Below are positions 39,339 to 47,087 of a stretch of 47,087 nt of DNA, piece after piece. The stretch is from an uncultured Lachnospiraceae bacterium (GTDB taxonomy: Bacteria > Bacillota > Clostridia > TANB77 > CAG-508): positions 1 through 47,087 of the forward strand of contig CAYYBL010000004.1 in the NCBI GenBank assembly GCA_964470175.1, given 5' to 3'. A program made the translations under genes and the position numbers. The notes under the pieces are model-generated. The model was not told the origin of the DNA. It worked only from the letters and a program-made list of their open reading frames with translations, and did no database searches. Numbering within the stretch: the first letter of the stretch is position 1; each line of letters begins with the position of its first letter.

Positions 39339-42041
39339 ATGATTATTGTATTAATTATTATTTTTGTTGCAATTATAATTTATCAAGACCGATGCTCAGA
39401 AAAGTTAAAAGAAGAAAACACAAAATTAAAGAAAAGAATTAAGGAATTAGAAAAAGGAATTCAAAATCAAAAAACTAAAGAAAACATAATAACTCCTGAA
39501 TCAGTGTTTAATAATACTACAAAAGAAGAAAAGCCTTTGACTGAAATAAAAAATATTGAGAAAGTAAAAAAAGAAACACCTGTTTCTGACAAAAAAGCTA
39601 AGGTTGATAATGAACAAAAGAAAATGGAACAAAAAAATATTGGAATATTAATCACTGGTTCAGTATGTATTGTTCTTGCTGCTATTGTATTTTTAGCATC
39701 ATCGTGGAATATTATTTCTGATATAGTTAAAATCATAGTATTAGTTTTACTAGACGTGGTCTTTTTTTACATGAGTATGCTTGCTAAAGATAAATATGAA
39801 TTAAAAAAGACTAGTGATACATTTTTTTATATAGGTATGGCATATATTCCGATTTGTTTGCTTGCAATATTATTTTTTGGCCTTTTTGTTGACTTTTTTT
39901 CACTTGAATTTAATAAAAAAATGCTATATGTCGGAGGGACATCTCTAATTACATCAATTATATATTTCTTTTATTACAAAAGAAGAAATACAGATGGATT
40001 ATTATATGGAAGTATTGTAGCTCAGGTTACAACTGTTATTTTGTTTTCTTTGATATTTGAAAAGAGCTTGAAATTGATTATTATTGGTATTCTTTTGTAT
40101 AATATAGTTTTAGCAGTACTTGAACTATCTAAAAAAGAAAATCCAATATTATTTATAAAATATTTAGTGTATGGGATTGCGTATTTAAGTATTATATTTA
40201 CCTTTAAAATATTTGACACATCAAAAAAAGATGTCTTGTTACCATTAATACTTTGTATAATTAATCTATTTATTATTCGTATAATCTATAAAAAAGATAA
40301 AGTCACTATATGGACTTCAAATTTATTAGTTTATGTTTTAGGAATCTATACACCATTTGTATTTTTCGATATATTGAATTTAGATTTTAAAATAATATTA
40401 TCAGTTTTATATATAATATCAGTATTTGTGATTTTCGAAGTACTTTTTACAGATAGTGAAAATAAAATTAGTTCACTTATATATGCAATGATATCTATAG
40501 CATTATTAGCAGTATATAGTAAAATAAATATTCAAGGTACAGTAAAACCATATATGCTAGGTATAGTTGAAGAAGTTTTGGCAATATATGCTTATATAAA
40601 AACTTCAGAAAATATAAAAAGAGCAATGTCAATTATTATTCCAGTACTTTTGTATTTGATAATATTTGATATTTGTTTAAAAATGTCATATCTTATAAAC
40701 CTTGCAATACCTATTTGCATTCTTATTTTAGGAGAACTATTATCTTTCGATAATTTAGAATACAAAGATATAAAGAAGAAATTTTTTATTGTATCTCACG
40801 TTTTTATTCCTATAATATGGTTATTTATGTTTGTAAATAACAGTAAGCAAATGGAAGATGATGTGTTATACTACATTGCTCTATGTATAGTTTATTTTTA
40901 TAGTTTCTTGAAAACTAAATTACCTGTTTTTAAATATTGTGGGTATCTTACATTAATTATGACTTCATTTTCAACTGGAAAACTATTTCATATATCAACG
41001 GATTTTTACGATTTACTTCCAATATTTGTATTTGTTATTGTATTAACGTTAGAAGCAAAAGTAGGAAGATTTAAAGACAATTATTCAAAATTAACCATGT
41101 GTGTAGTTTCAATTATAGCTTATGGTTTATTATATAAAATAAAACTATTTTCATCTAATCACGTAAATATATTTGCTTTAATGATTGGAGTACTATTTTC
41201 AATATATACATATATATTATTTATTTTAAATTGGGATGAAAATAGTAAATATTTTAAAATCATTCCACTACTTGGTGTAGGAATAGTATTATATAGTGTT
41301 AATTCAGATGCATTTACTATAATTTTAAAAATAATTACTGTTGCTGTACTTACACTTTATGCTATTTATGATAAAAAAATATCAATAGAAACTATTTTTT
41401 CAGGTGTATATTTATTAGGTTTATTTAGAGATTTTGATAATTTTTATGTACAAATTGGTATTTTAAATATTTGGGTAGTAGTAAATATGATATCTGTAGT
41501 AAATGCTAAAGAAAAGGATATATTCAAAGCAATTTTATATTTTATAGCATATATATTATATAGTCATTTATTAGAAGATTTAAAATTTGATGAATATGCA
41601 TCATTAAGATTTATTGGAATTATAACCACTTTGACATTAATATGGAAAACAATTCTTTGTAAATATACAAAAGAAACGGATTTAATTGAATATATATTGT
41701 ATGGACTTATTTATTTTACTGCTATTACCCAATATTATGGTATGGCAGATGGAATGATATTTGGTATTTTCTTAGCATTATTTATAATATTTACTTACAA
41801 TGTTGGTTATGGAGCAATATTTATAACTACTTTAATTGCATTAATAGTAAATGTCCTTTTACTTACAAGAGGATTCTGGTTTTTAATACCTTGGTATATA
41901 TATTTACTTGTAATAGGAAGTATATTAATTGGATTTGCAGTAAAAAATGAAATGAATGAAAAAGAAGACAAAATAGAGATAGTAAATAAATTTAAAAATC
42001 TTAAAGATAATATAGATAGTAATTCAAAAAAAGATAAATAA
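39339..42041 (+). CDS. Large polytopic membrane protein (DUF2157/DUF2339-like architecture)
   Basis: N-terminal TM, coiled coil and linker, then ITGSVCIVLAAIVFLASSW and more than 20 TM segments, ending in IPWYIYLLVIG. Confidence 0.6.
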   Translation: MIIVLIIIFVAIIIYQDRCSEKLKEENTKLKKRIKELEKGIQNQKTKENIITPESVFNNTTKEEKPLTEIKNIEKVKKETPVSDKKAKVDNEQKKMEQKNIGILITGSVCIVLAAIVFLASSWNIISDIVKIIVLVLLDVVFFYMSMLAKDKYELKKTSDTFFYIGMAYIPICLLAILFFGLFVDFFSLEFNKKMLYVGGTSLITSIIYFFYYKRRNTDGLLYGSIVAQVTTVILFSLIFEKSLKLIIIGILLYNIVLAVLELSKKENPILFIKYLVYGIAYLSIIFTFKIFDTSKKDVLLPLILCIINLFIIRIIYKKDKVTIWTSNLLVYVLGIYTPFVFFDILNLDFKIILSVLYIISVFVIFEVLFTDSENKISSLIYAMISIALLAVYSKINIQGTVKPYMLGIVEEVLAIYAYIKTSENIKRAMSIIIPVLLYLIIFDICLKMSYLINLAIPICILILGELLSFDNLEYKDIKKKFFIVSHVFIPIIWLFMFVNNSKQMEDDVLYYIALCIVYFYSFLKTKLPVFKYCGYLTLIMTSFSTGKLFHISTDFYDLLPIFVFVIVLTLEAKVGRFKDNYSKLTMCVVSIIAYGLLYKIKLFSSNHVNIFALMIGVLFSIYTYILFILNWDENSKYFKIIPLLGVGIVLYSVNSDAFTIILKIITVAVLTLYAIYDKKISIETIFSGVYLLGLFRDFDNFYVQIGILNIWVVVNMISVVNAKEKDIFKAILYFIAYILYSHLLEDLKFDEYASLRFIGIITTLTLIWKTILCKYTKETDLIEYILYGLIYFTAITQYYGMADGMIFGIFLALFIIFTYNVGYGAIFITTLIALIVNVLLLTRGFWFLIPWYIYLLVIGSILIGFAVKNEMNEKEDKIEIVNKFKNLKDNIDSNSKKDK

Positions 42042-42043
42042 AG

Positions 42044-42074
42044 AAGGGGAGTTGATTTTAAATCAACTCCTTTT
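42044..42074. terminator. Bidirectional terminator between convergent genes
   Basis: AAGGGGAGTTGATTT-T-AAATCAACTCCTTTT. Confidence 0.8.
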
Positions 42075-42819
42075 AACATATATTATCCATTGAATACATT
42101 CCAGAATCTTTACTTTCAATGAAGAAAGCAGCTTTAATTGCTCCGCTTGCAAATACAGCTCTTGAAAGTACATTGTGAGTTATTTCAAGACTTTCATTTT
42201 CGCCAAAGAATATAACTTGATGCTTACCATATTCATTTCCACCTCTTATAGAATGAATTCCAATTTCTGTTTTTTCTCTTTTTTGTTTCTTTGGTTGTCT
42301 ATCATATACATAGTGCATACTGTTATTTTTTGCGTTATTAATTCTATTTGCAAGAAAAATAGCTGTACCGCTAGGAGCATCAATTTTTCTATTATGATGA
42401 GTTTCAACTATTTCTATATCATCATTTTCAAGTTTTAAACTAAGCTCAGATACAAGCTTACTCATGAGGTTTATCTCATAACTCATATTTGCTGATTTAA
42501 AAATAGGTATTTCTTTTGAGATATCTAGAATTTTTTTCTCTTGAATATCAGAAAATCCTGTTGTTGCAATAACAATAGGAATCTTTTTTTCTTTAGCAAA
42601 ATTTAAAATATTTAACGATGCCTCAGGTACAGAAAAATCAATTATAACATCTGGTAGATCATGAATTTCTTTAACATTTTTAAAAACTGGAAATTCATTA
42701 TCACCAGTATCATAAATATCCACACCGCAAAGTGTTTCAATATCAGGGACTTTTTTTATTTCATTTGCTAATACTTTTCCCATTTTTCCATTACAACCAT
42801 TTATTAATACTCTAATCAT
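42073..42819 (-). CDS. dapB: 4-hydroxy-tetrahydrodipicolinate reductase
   Basis: GCNGKMG, IIDFS, IATTG, ETHHNRKIDAPSGTA, HSIRGG. Confidence 0.96.
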   Translation of the reverse strand: MIRVLINGCNGKMGKVLANEIKKVPDIETLCGVDIYDTGDNEFPVFKNVKEIHDLPDVIIDFSVPEASLNILNFAKEKKIPIVIATTGFSDIQEKKILDISKEIPIFKSANMSYEINLMSKLVSELSLKLENDDIEIVETHHNRKIDAPSGTAIFLANRINNAKNNSMHYVYDRQPKKQKREKTEIGIHSIRGGNEYGKHQVIFFGENESLEITHNVLSRAVFASGAIKAAFFIESKDSGMYSMDNIC

Positions 42820-42847
42820 ACTTCGAAAAATTTCCTTTCATATTTTA

Positions 42848-43729
42848 TTATTTTTTAAAAAACTCTATGGATTTCTTTAGGTTTTCTTTTCCTGATTTTG
42901 ACATTTCAATAAGAGGTAATCTAGGACTTCCAACTTCATACCCATACATTTTTAATGCAGCTTTTACTGGAATTGGATTTACTTCTGAAAATAATGCTTT
43001 AATAAGAGGTATAGCTTTTACTTGTGATTTTATAGATTTTTCAATGTTTCCTTCAAGAAAATCCATAACTAAATTATGTGTATATTTTGGTTCAATATTA
43101 GATAAAACAGAAATAACTCCAATTCCGCCTATTGATAGGATAGGAGTGATTTGGTCATCATTTCCAGAATAAATATGTAATTCATTTTTACATAAATTTG
43201 CTGTTTCAGCTATTTGAGATAAATTGCCACTTGCTTCTTTTATAGCAACGATATTTTTTATTTTTGAAAGTTCTAAACATGTCTTTGGTAAAATATTTAC
43301 ACCAGTTCTTGATGGAACATTATAAAGTATAATTGGAAGGGTAGTAGAATTTGCAATAGCTGAATAATGAGCTATAAGACCATCTTGAGTAGTTTTATTG
43401 TAGTAAGGAGTAACAATTAGAGCGGCATCTACACCTGCAGTCTCAGCCCATTTTGTGAAATTAATAACAGCTTGAGTATTGTTTCCACCAGTTCCTGCAA
43501 TGACAGGTATTCTTTTATTTACTGTCTGAATCGCAAATTTTATTGTTTCTTTTCTTTCATCTTCAGTCATAGTAGATGCTTCACCTGTTGTACCACAAAC
43601 TATAAGTGCATCAACTTTGTTTTTAATTTGATCTTCAATTAGTTTTTTAAAAACTTCAAAGTTTACACCATTTTTATTAAATGGAGTAACAATGGCTGTA
43701 CCACAGCCTTTAAAAATTATTTTTTTCAT
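42848..43729 (-). CDS. dapA: 4-hydroxy-tetrahydrodipicolinate synthase
   Basis: AIVTPF, GTTGE, TPYYNK, LYNVPSRTG, IKEASG, SGNDD, NPIPVK. Confidence 0.97.
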   Translation of the reverse strand: MKKIIFKGCGTAIVTPFNKNGVNFEVFKKLIEDQIKNKVDALIVCGTTGEASTMTEDERKETIKFAIQTVNKRIPVIAGTGGNNTQAVINFTKWAETAGVDAALIVTPYYNKTTQDGLIAHYSAIANSTTLPIILYNVPSRTGVNILPKTCLELSKIKNIVAIKEASGNLSQIAETANLCKNELHIYSGNDDQITPILSIGGIGVISVLSNIEPKYTHNLVMDFLEGNIEKSIKSQVKAIPLIKALFSEVNPIPVKAALKMYGYEVGSPRLPLIEMSKSGKENLKKSIEFFKK

Positions 43730-43955
43730 AATAAGTCCTTTCTAGAATAAATTCTTAAAAGGTATGATAGTAAGATATATTAATATTTTTACTATCTGTA
43801 TTATATGTTATAAATATACAAAAATCAATAAATTTGGAAAGTATATTATAAATTATGTAATAAGTCGTTAACTTTTAATATTATGTAAAATATGGTATAA
43901 TATAAATGATAACTCTTTTATTTATGCTTCGCCGTTTGGCAGAAAGGGAACGACA

Positions 43956-44384
43956 ATGAGTAATATTGATACAGAAGTAAAAGGAGCGGTTGATAAAATA
44001 ATATATGGAGATGAGGAGATACTTGCTGTAATTGATTTGTTTGTAGTAATAAATGAATACTGCTGCAATGCTGCAGTAAAATCTCCGGAAGATTATTTTA
44101 ATGTGAGTTACTGCAAAAAAATCTTTGGAGAAAGCATTATTACACACACCCAGGAATTTGTGGATTCTCTCCGCAATTCTTTAAGGAAGGAACTGTCACT
44201 CAAACATTCTCTGTTGGAGACTTTAAAGATCTATCTTGCTCTTACCAATCTGAATACCTGCTTGATAAGAGTAAGCAAAGCTTCCGAAAACTATGAGAAT
44301 GTCCGGATTGTAAGAGCGTTCCTGAAGATGGATACAAACAATTTTCCATATTGCCTTTTTAAGCCTATGGCTCTTATGGACTAA
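43956..44384 (+). CDS. Orphan hypothetical protein with atypical composition
   Basis: Extended -10 TGGTATAAT (43893-43901), an AAAGGGA RBS and its own terminator; GC about 35-40% by hand count, with CTC/CTG/CGC/CGG codons. Confidence 0.6.
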   Translation: MSNIDTEVKGAVDKIIYGDEEILAVIDLFVVINEYCCNAAVKSPEDYFNVSYCKKIFGESIITHTQEFVDSLRNSLRKELSLKHSLLETLKIYLALTNLNTCLIRVSKASENYENVRIVRAFLKMDTNNFPYCLFKPMALMD

Positions 44385-44393
44385 AGTATCGAG

Positions 44394-44427
44394 CAAGAAG
44401 CACCGATTTAAAAATCGGTGTTTCTTG
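44394..44427 (+). terminator. Intrinsic terminator
   Basis: CAAGAAGCACCGATTT-aa-AAATCGGTGTTTCTTG. Confidence 0.8.
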
Positions 44428-44476
44428 TATTATAGGAATTATATTCATAATTCCTATAATACAAGAACTTTGGCTA
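44422..44476. repeat. Palindromic REP-like element, copy 2
   Basis: 21-bp perfect inverted repeat TTCTTGTATTATAGGAATTAT-attc-ATAATTCCTATAATACAAGAA followed by CTTTGGCT. Confidence 0.75.
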
Positions 44477-44485
44477 ATATTTATA

Positions 44486-44514
44486 TTGATATTCTTCTAA
44501 ATAAAGAGTATAAT
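44486..44514 (+). promoter_or_regulatory. tmRNA promoter
   Basis: TTGATA, 17-bp spacer, TATAAT, 13 nt upstream of the mature 5' end. Confidence 0.75.
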
Positions 44515-44527
44515 AATATTGTGATAT

Positions 44528-44882
44528 GGGGATGTATTTGGTTTTTCGACAGCAATTTAGAAGTATGATAAGCGAGTAGTGGAGATGCCAAGCCACTATA
44601 AAAGGCATATTTAAATATAAACGCTGATAATAAAGAATTAGCATTTGCTGCCTAGTTGCAGCAACGTTCTACTTTTGTAACCTACGACTTAAGATAGAGC
44701 GCCAAATTAGTAGGAAACAAAACTAATATGAGCTATTTATATTAGTGGGATTTTAAGATAGCTACTTTAAATATTTTTTGTTTATTTAAAGTATTTGGAG
44801 GAAATTTATAAATAAACTTTACTCGGAGAAATTCATATGGAAGAATTGTTGGACAGGAGTTCGACTCTCCTCATCTCCACCA
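44528..44882 (+). ncRNA. ssrA: tmRNA (transfer-messenger RNA), tag peptide (A)ADNKELAFAA*
   Basis: 5' GGGGATG pairs with 3' CATCTCC-ACCA, giving the G3.U alanyl determinant. TTCGAC lies near the 5' end and the T-arm is AGGAGTTCGACTCTCCT. Tag ORF 44623-44655 follows ATAAAC. Confidence 0.96.
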
Positions 44883-44888
44883 AAGAAG

Positions 44889-44935
44889 AATAGCTCACAA
44901 ATGGCTAAAACAAGCTATTTGTGAGCTGTTTTTTT
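44889..44935 (+). terminator. Terminator after ssrA
   Basis: AATAGCTCACAAATGGCT/AGCTATTTGTGAGCTGTT plus a T run. Confidence 0.88.
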
Positions 44936-45051
44936 GCTAAAATAATGCAAATCTAATGCACTTGGGAAGAAATATGAAACTGAGAAAAGAATGGTAAGGT
45001 AAAATGAAGTAAAGTATATATTGGGTGAAAATAATAAGAGTTGATTTTAAA

Positions 45052-45080
45052 TTGATAATAAATCAAATAAATGATATAAT
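45052..45080 (+). promoter_or_regulatory. Sigma-A promoter of the cassette gene
   Basis: TTGATA, 17-bp spacer, TATAAT, with an extended -10 TG. Confidence 0.65.
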
Positions 45081-45148
45081 TTTAATGAACCAAATATGAG
45101 AAAGAAAAGTCTAATATATAGATGAAAAGGAAAAAAAGAGATAATAAC

Positions 45149-45895
45149 ATGGAAGAAGAGAAAAAAGAAATAAGAATTAGCTTATCAACAATTCTATTGA
45201 TTATAGCAGTGTCAGTAATTGTAGTAATGGGAGTATTTATTTTTAATTTGAGAAACAATGAAAATACTAGTATGCAAATGCTAGAAAAAAATTCAAATGA
45301 TAACTTATCATTCAAGCAGACTATGAATTTATTATATAAAGATAAAAATGCAAAATACGATATTTTTGATAATCTAACAGAATTTTATGATTATTCGACA
45401 CATATAGATGCTGATAAAAATGAAGACTATTCATATACGCATATAACTTATGATTCAGAAGCATCTAAAATTAATATTGAAACTCATGCGGCTTTTGATA
45501 AAGAAAACACAGACTTCAATTCTATAAAAATCATTATTAATGCTCCAAAAGATGAGGTTGTTAAAATCGCAGCTAAAACATCTGAAATGGATACTAATTA
45601 TTTAGAATATGCGTACTTTTTAACAAGAACTGGAGATTTGTACTATTACACACATGATATGTTGTTTGACAAAAAGGTAGATTTAGTAAAATGTGATAAT
45701 GTTTCACAAGTTGTGAGTATCAGTCTAGGTTCAACTTTAAGATATACTGAAGAATTTTTAAATGGTGAAGAAATCTGTTTAGATAATGATGGGATTATGA
45801 TAGTTACAACGTTTGATGGTAGCATATATGAAATGACGCCAGATATATATTCGGAAAATGAGTTATATTCAGGAATATTTAAAAAGATTAATTAA
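45149..45895 (+). CDS. Membrane-anchored/secreted hypothetical protein with leader MEEEKKEIRISLSTILLIIA
   Basis: Single N-terminal TM followed by an acidic beta-rich ectodomain. ATG 45149 aligns with the start of the 46876 protein; the ORF track uses 45122. Confidence 0.75.
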   Translation: MEEEKKEIRISLSTILLIIAVSVIVVMGVFIFNLRNNENTSMQMLEKNSNDNLSFKQTMNLLYKDKNAKYDIFDNLTEFYDYSTHIDADKNEDYSYTHITYDSEASKINIETHAAFDKENTDFNSIKIIINAPKDEVVKIAAKTSEMDTNYLEYAYFLTRTGDLYYYTHDMLFDKKVDLVKCDNVSQVVSISLGSTLRYTEEFLNGEEICLDNDGIMIVTTFDGSIYEMTPDIYSENELYSGIFKKIN

Positions 45896-46080
45896 ATAAG
45901 AATATAAAAAATGTTATAATGCAAAAGTAATGCATTAGGAATGCAAAAGTTAAAATAATGAAGGAATATGAAGTGAAATTGCAAAAATTAAAAATGGAGA
46001 TAAGTAGCGAAACACTGGGATAACGTGGAGATTTGAACAATGGAGATAAAGTATTGGTTACAACATCTCAACCAAGAGAA

Positions 46081-46123
46081 AAAACTCACATCTGTACTTT
46101 GATGAGTAGATGTGAGTTTTCTT
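46081..46123. terminator. Bidirectional terminator-like hairpin after the duplicated ssrA end
   Basis: AAAACTCACATCT...AGATGTGAGTTTT, flanked by A and T runs, between convergent genes. Confidence 0.75.
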
Positions 46124-46195
46124 AATATACTCGACATAATCACGTTTGTGGATTTGCCATTTTCAATATTTATTATAATTCTTATAATTATTCTA

Positions 46196-46876
46196 TTAAC
46201 GTTTTGTTGGATGAGAATATAATCCCTCAGTTATATATACGAAACTTGGATCATTTAAGACAGTATAATTACGATCTATAGTTTTCACATCTTCAACATT
46301 TACATTTATACCATTTTCAACTAGTTTAATAGTTGCTTTTCTAATATATTTTTCATCTTCGGTATATTTACTATCATAATTTTTATCATCATATCCTTCG
46401 AAATAGAAGATTGCTTCTCCATTCGAAAAACTAAGCGTTGTATCATCATCAATACCAGTTAGTCTATATAAAAACCACGTAAAAGTAATTGTATTATTTG
46501 TAACTTTTTTTATGGTAATTTCATTCTGAGTGTTTGAATTATACCATGTACCTATATAATCGTTATATCCTTTTTCAGTTACTGAAGTACTTTCTGATTT
46601 TGATTCAGTTGAACTAGTTTTATTATCTTTTCCTGTATCAGTAGATGAACTACTTAGACTAATATCATCTGAAATAGAATCAATTTTCGTTTGTAAGTTA
46701 CTTACAGTTTCATTTAAGCTTTCTACCTGTGATTGAAGTTCGGTAGATTTTTGTACTTCCATCAATTTATCACTTTTAAGCTCATAAATAGTTATTCCCA
46801 TAATCACAATAGCTATTATAGCAATAAATAATAAAAGTGTTGATAGGCTTATTCTTATACCTTTTTTTCCTTCCAT
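46196..46876 (-). CDS. Membrane-anchored hypothetical protein: leader MEGKKGIRISLSTLLLFIA, coiled coil, Ser/Thr linker, C-terminal YIGTW beta domain
   Basis: TM, heptads (LQSQVESLNETVSNLQTKIDSI), an S/T-rich linker and a globular C-terminal domain; AAAGTGAG RBS. Confidence 0.8.
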   Translation of the reverse strand: MEGKKGIRISLSTLLLFIAIIAIVIMGITIYELKSDKLMEVQKSTELQSQVESLNETVSNLQTKIDSISDDISLSSSSTDTGKDNKTSSTESKSESTSVTEKGYNDYIGTWYNSNTQNEITIKKVTNNTITFTWFLYRLTGIDDDTTLSFSNGEAIFYFEGYDDKNYDSKYTEDEKYIRKATIKLVENGINVNVEDVKTIDRNYTVLNDPSFVYITEGLYSHPTKR

Positions 46877-47012
46877 ACTATTTAACTCACTTTCTTTAAT
46901 TTTATTAATAACATAATTATACTACTATTAATTATTTTTTTAATCAAAATTATCATTTCTAATAAAATAGTAAAGTAAATTATACAAGAACTTAATAATT
47001 AATGTTTTAAAC

Positions 47013-47049
47013 CAATAGCTGGGAATTTTATCAAAATTCCCAGCTATTG
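47013..47049. terminator. Perfect 17-bp hairpin, probably the terminator of a gene beyond the window
   Basis: CAATAGCTGGGAATTTT-atc-AAAATTCCCAGCTATTG. Confidence 0.55.
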
Positions 47050-47087
47050 TACGAACAATCTTTAATTCAATTCTCTATATGTCACCA

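Larger units (their letters stand above)
44872..46074. mobile_element. Putative integrase-less mini-island/cassette inserted at the ssrA 3' end
   Basis: Direct repeat CATCTCCACCA (44872-44882) / CATCTCAACCA (46064-46074), each followed by a CTCACA...TGTGAG hairpin; phased TAATGCA repeats lie inside both ends. Confidence 0.55.

Noticed and set aside
1115-43172. Many short antisense or overlapping ORFs in the ORF track (e.g. 7428-7949, 20346-20705, 42175-42438, 42867-43172)
   Set aside because: They are shadow frames of well-supported genes, rich in F/I/S/L and without RBS or motifs.
43730-43880. Possible lysine riboswitch or T-box upstream of dapA
   Set aside because: The region is short and very AT-rich with no L-box or T-box consensus; there is only a small hairpin (GATAGTAA...TTACTATC, 43766-43796).
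27383-44476. Palindrome copies as CRISPR repeats or as ends of one composite transposon
   Set aside because: There are only two copies 17 kb apart, no spacers, cas or transposase genes, and core housekeeping genes lie between them.
46780-46876. Type IV prepilin signal in MEGKKGIRISL
   Set aside because: It lacks the hydrophobic run and Glu5 after Gly (Arg is at +2), and the paralog has Glu in place of the Gly.
47013-47049. Third copy of the GGAATT...AATTCC palindrome
   Set aside because: Only the 6-bp inner core matches; the arms and the downstream GGCTAA differ, so an ordinary terminator is more likely.

Overview
A low-GC Firmicutes (Clostridia-like) chromosomal window. The protein families resemble those of uncultured gut Clostridia such as TANB77/CAG-269; this is inference, not a database result. 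Positions 1-27 kb are a large surface-polysaccharide locus. It encodes a kinase-like/coiled-coil terminator candidate, a 1453-aa HAD+phosphoribosyltransferase-like+2xGT2 fusion, Wzm/Wzt, several GT2s, GtrA/GtrB, three GT-C-type membrane proteins and a Wzx-like flippase. Next come a Ski2-like helicase, glmU, a degenerate GT-C paralog, rmlDACB, mreB-like, mtaB, a U32 gene, a 900-aa membrane protein, dapB/dapA, an orphan ORF and tmRNA (ssrA, tag ADNKELAFAA). Most notable: (1) an apparent +1 frameshift exactly at an in-frame CGG codon (32011), a codon that is otherwise essentially unused in this window; (2) a ~1.2-kb integrase-less cassette at the tmRNA 3' end, with a duplicated att-like core, phased TAATGCA repeats and one gene of a family with a conserved leader and variable ectodomain; (3) a dispersed long palindrome with compensatory changes that sits just behind terminators; (4) a likely ribofuranosyltransferase-GT2-GT2 polymerase next to a WbdD-like chain-length ruler in a Gram-positive locus.
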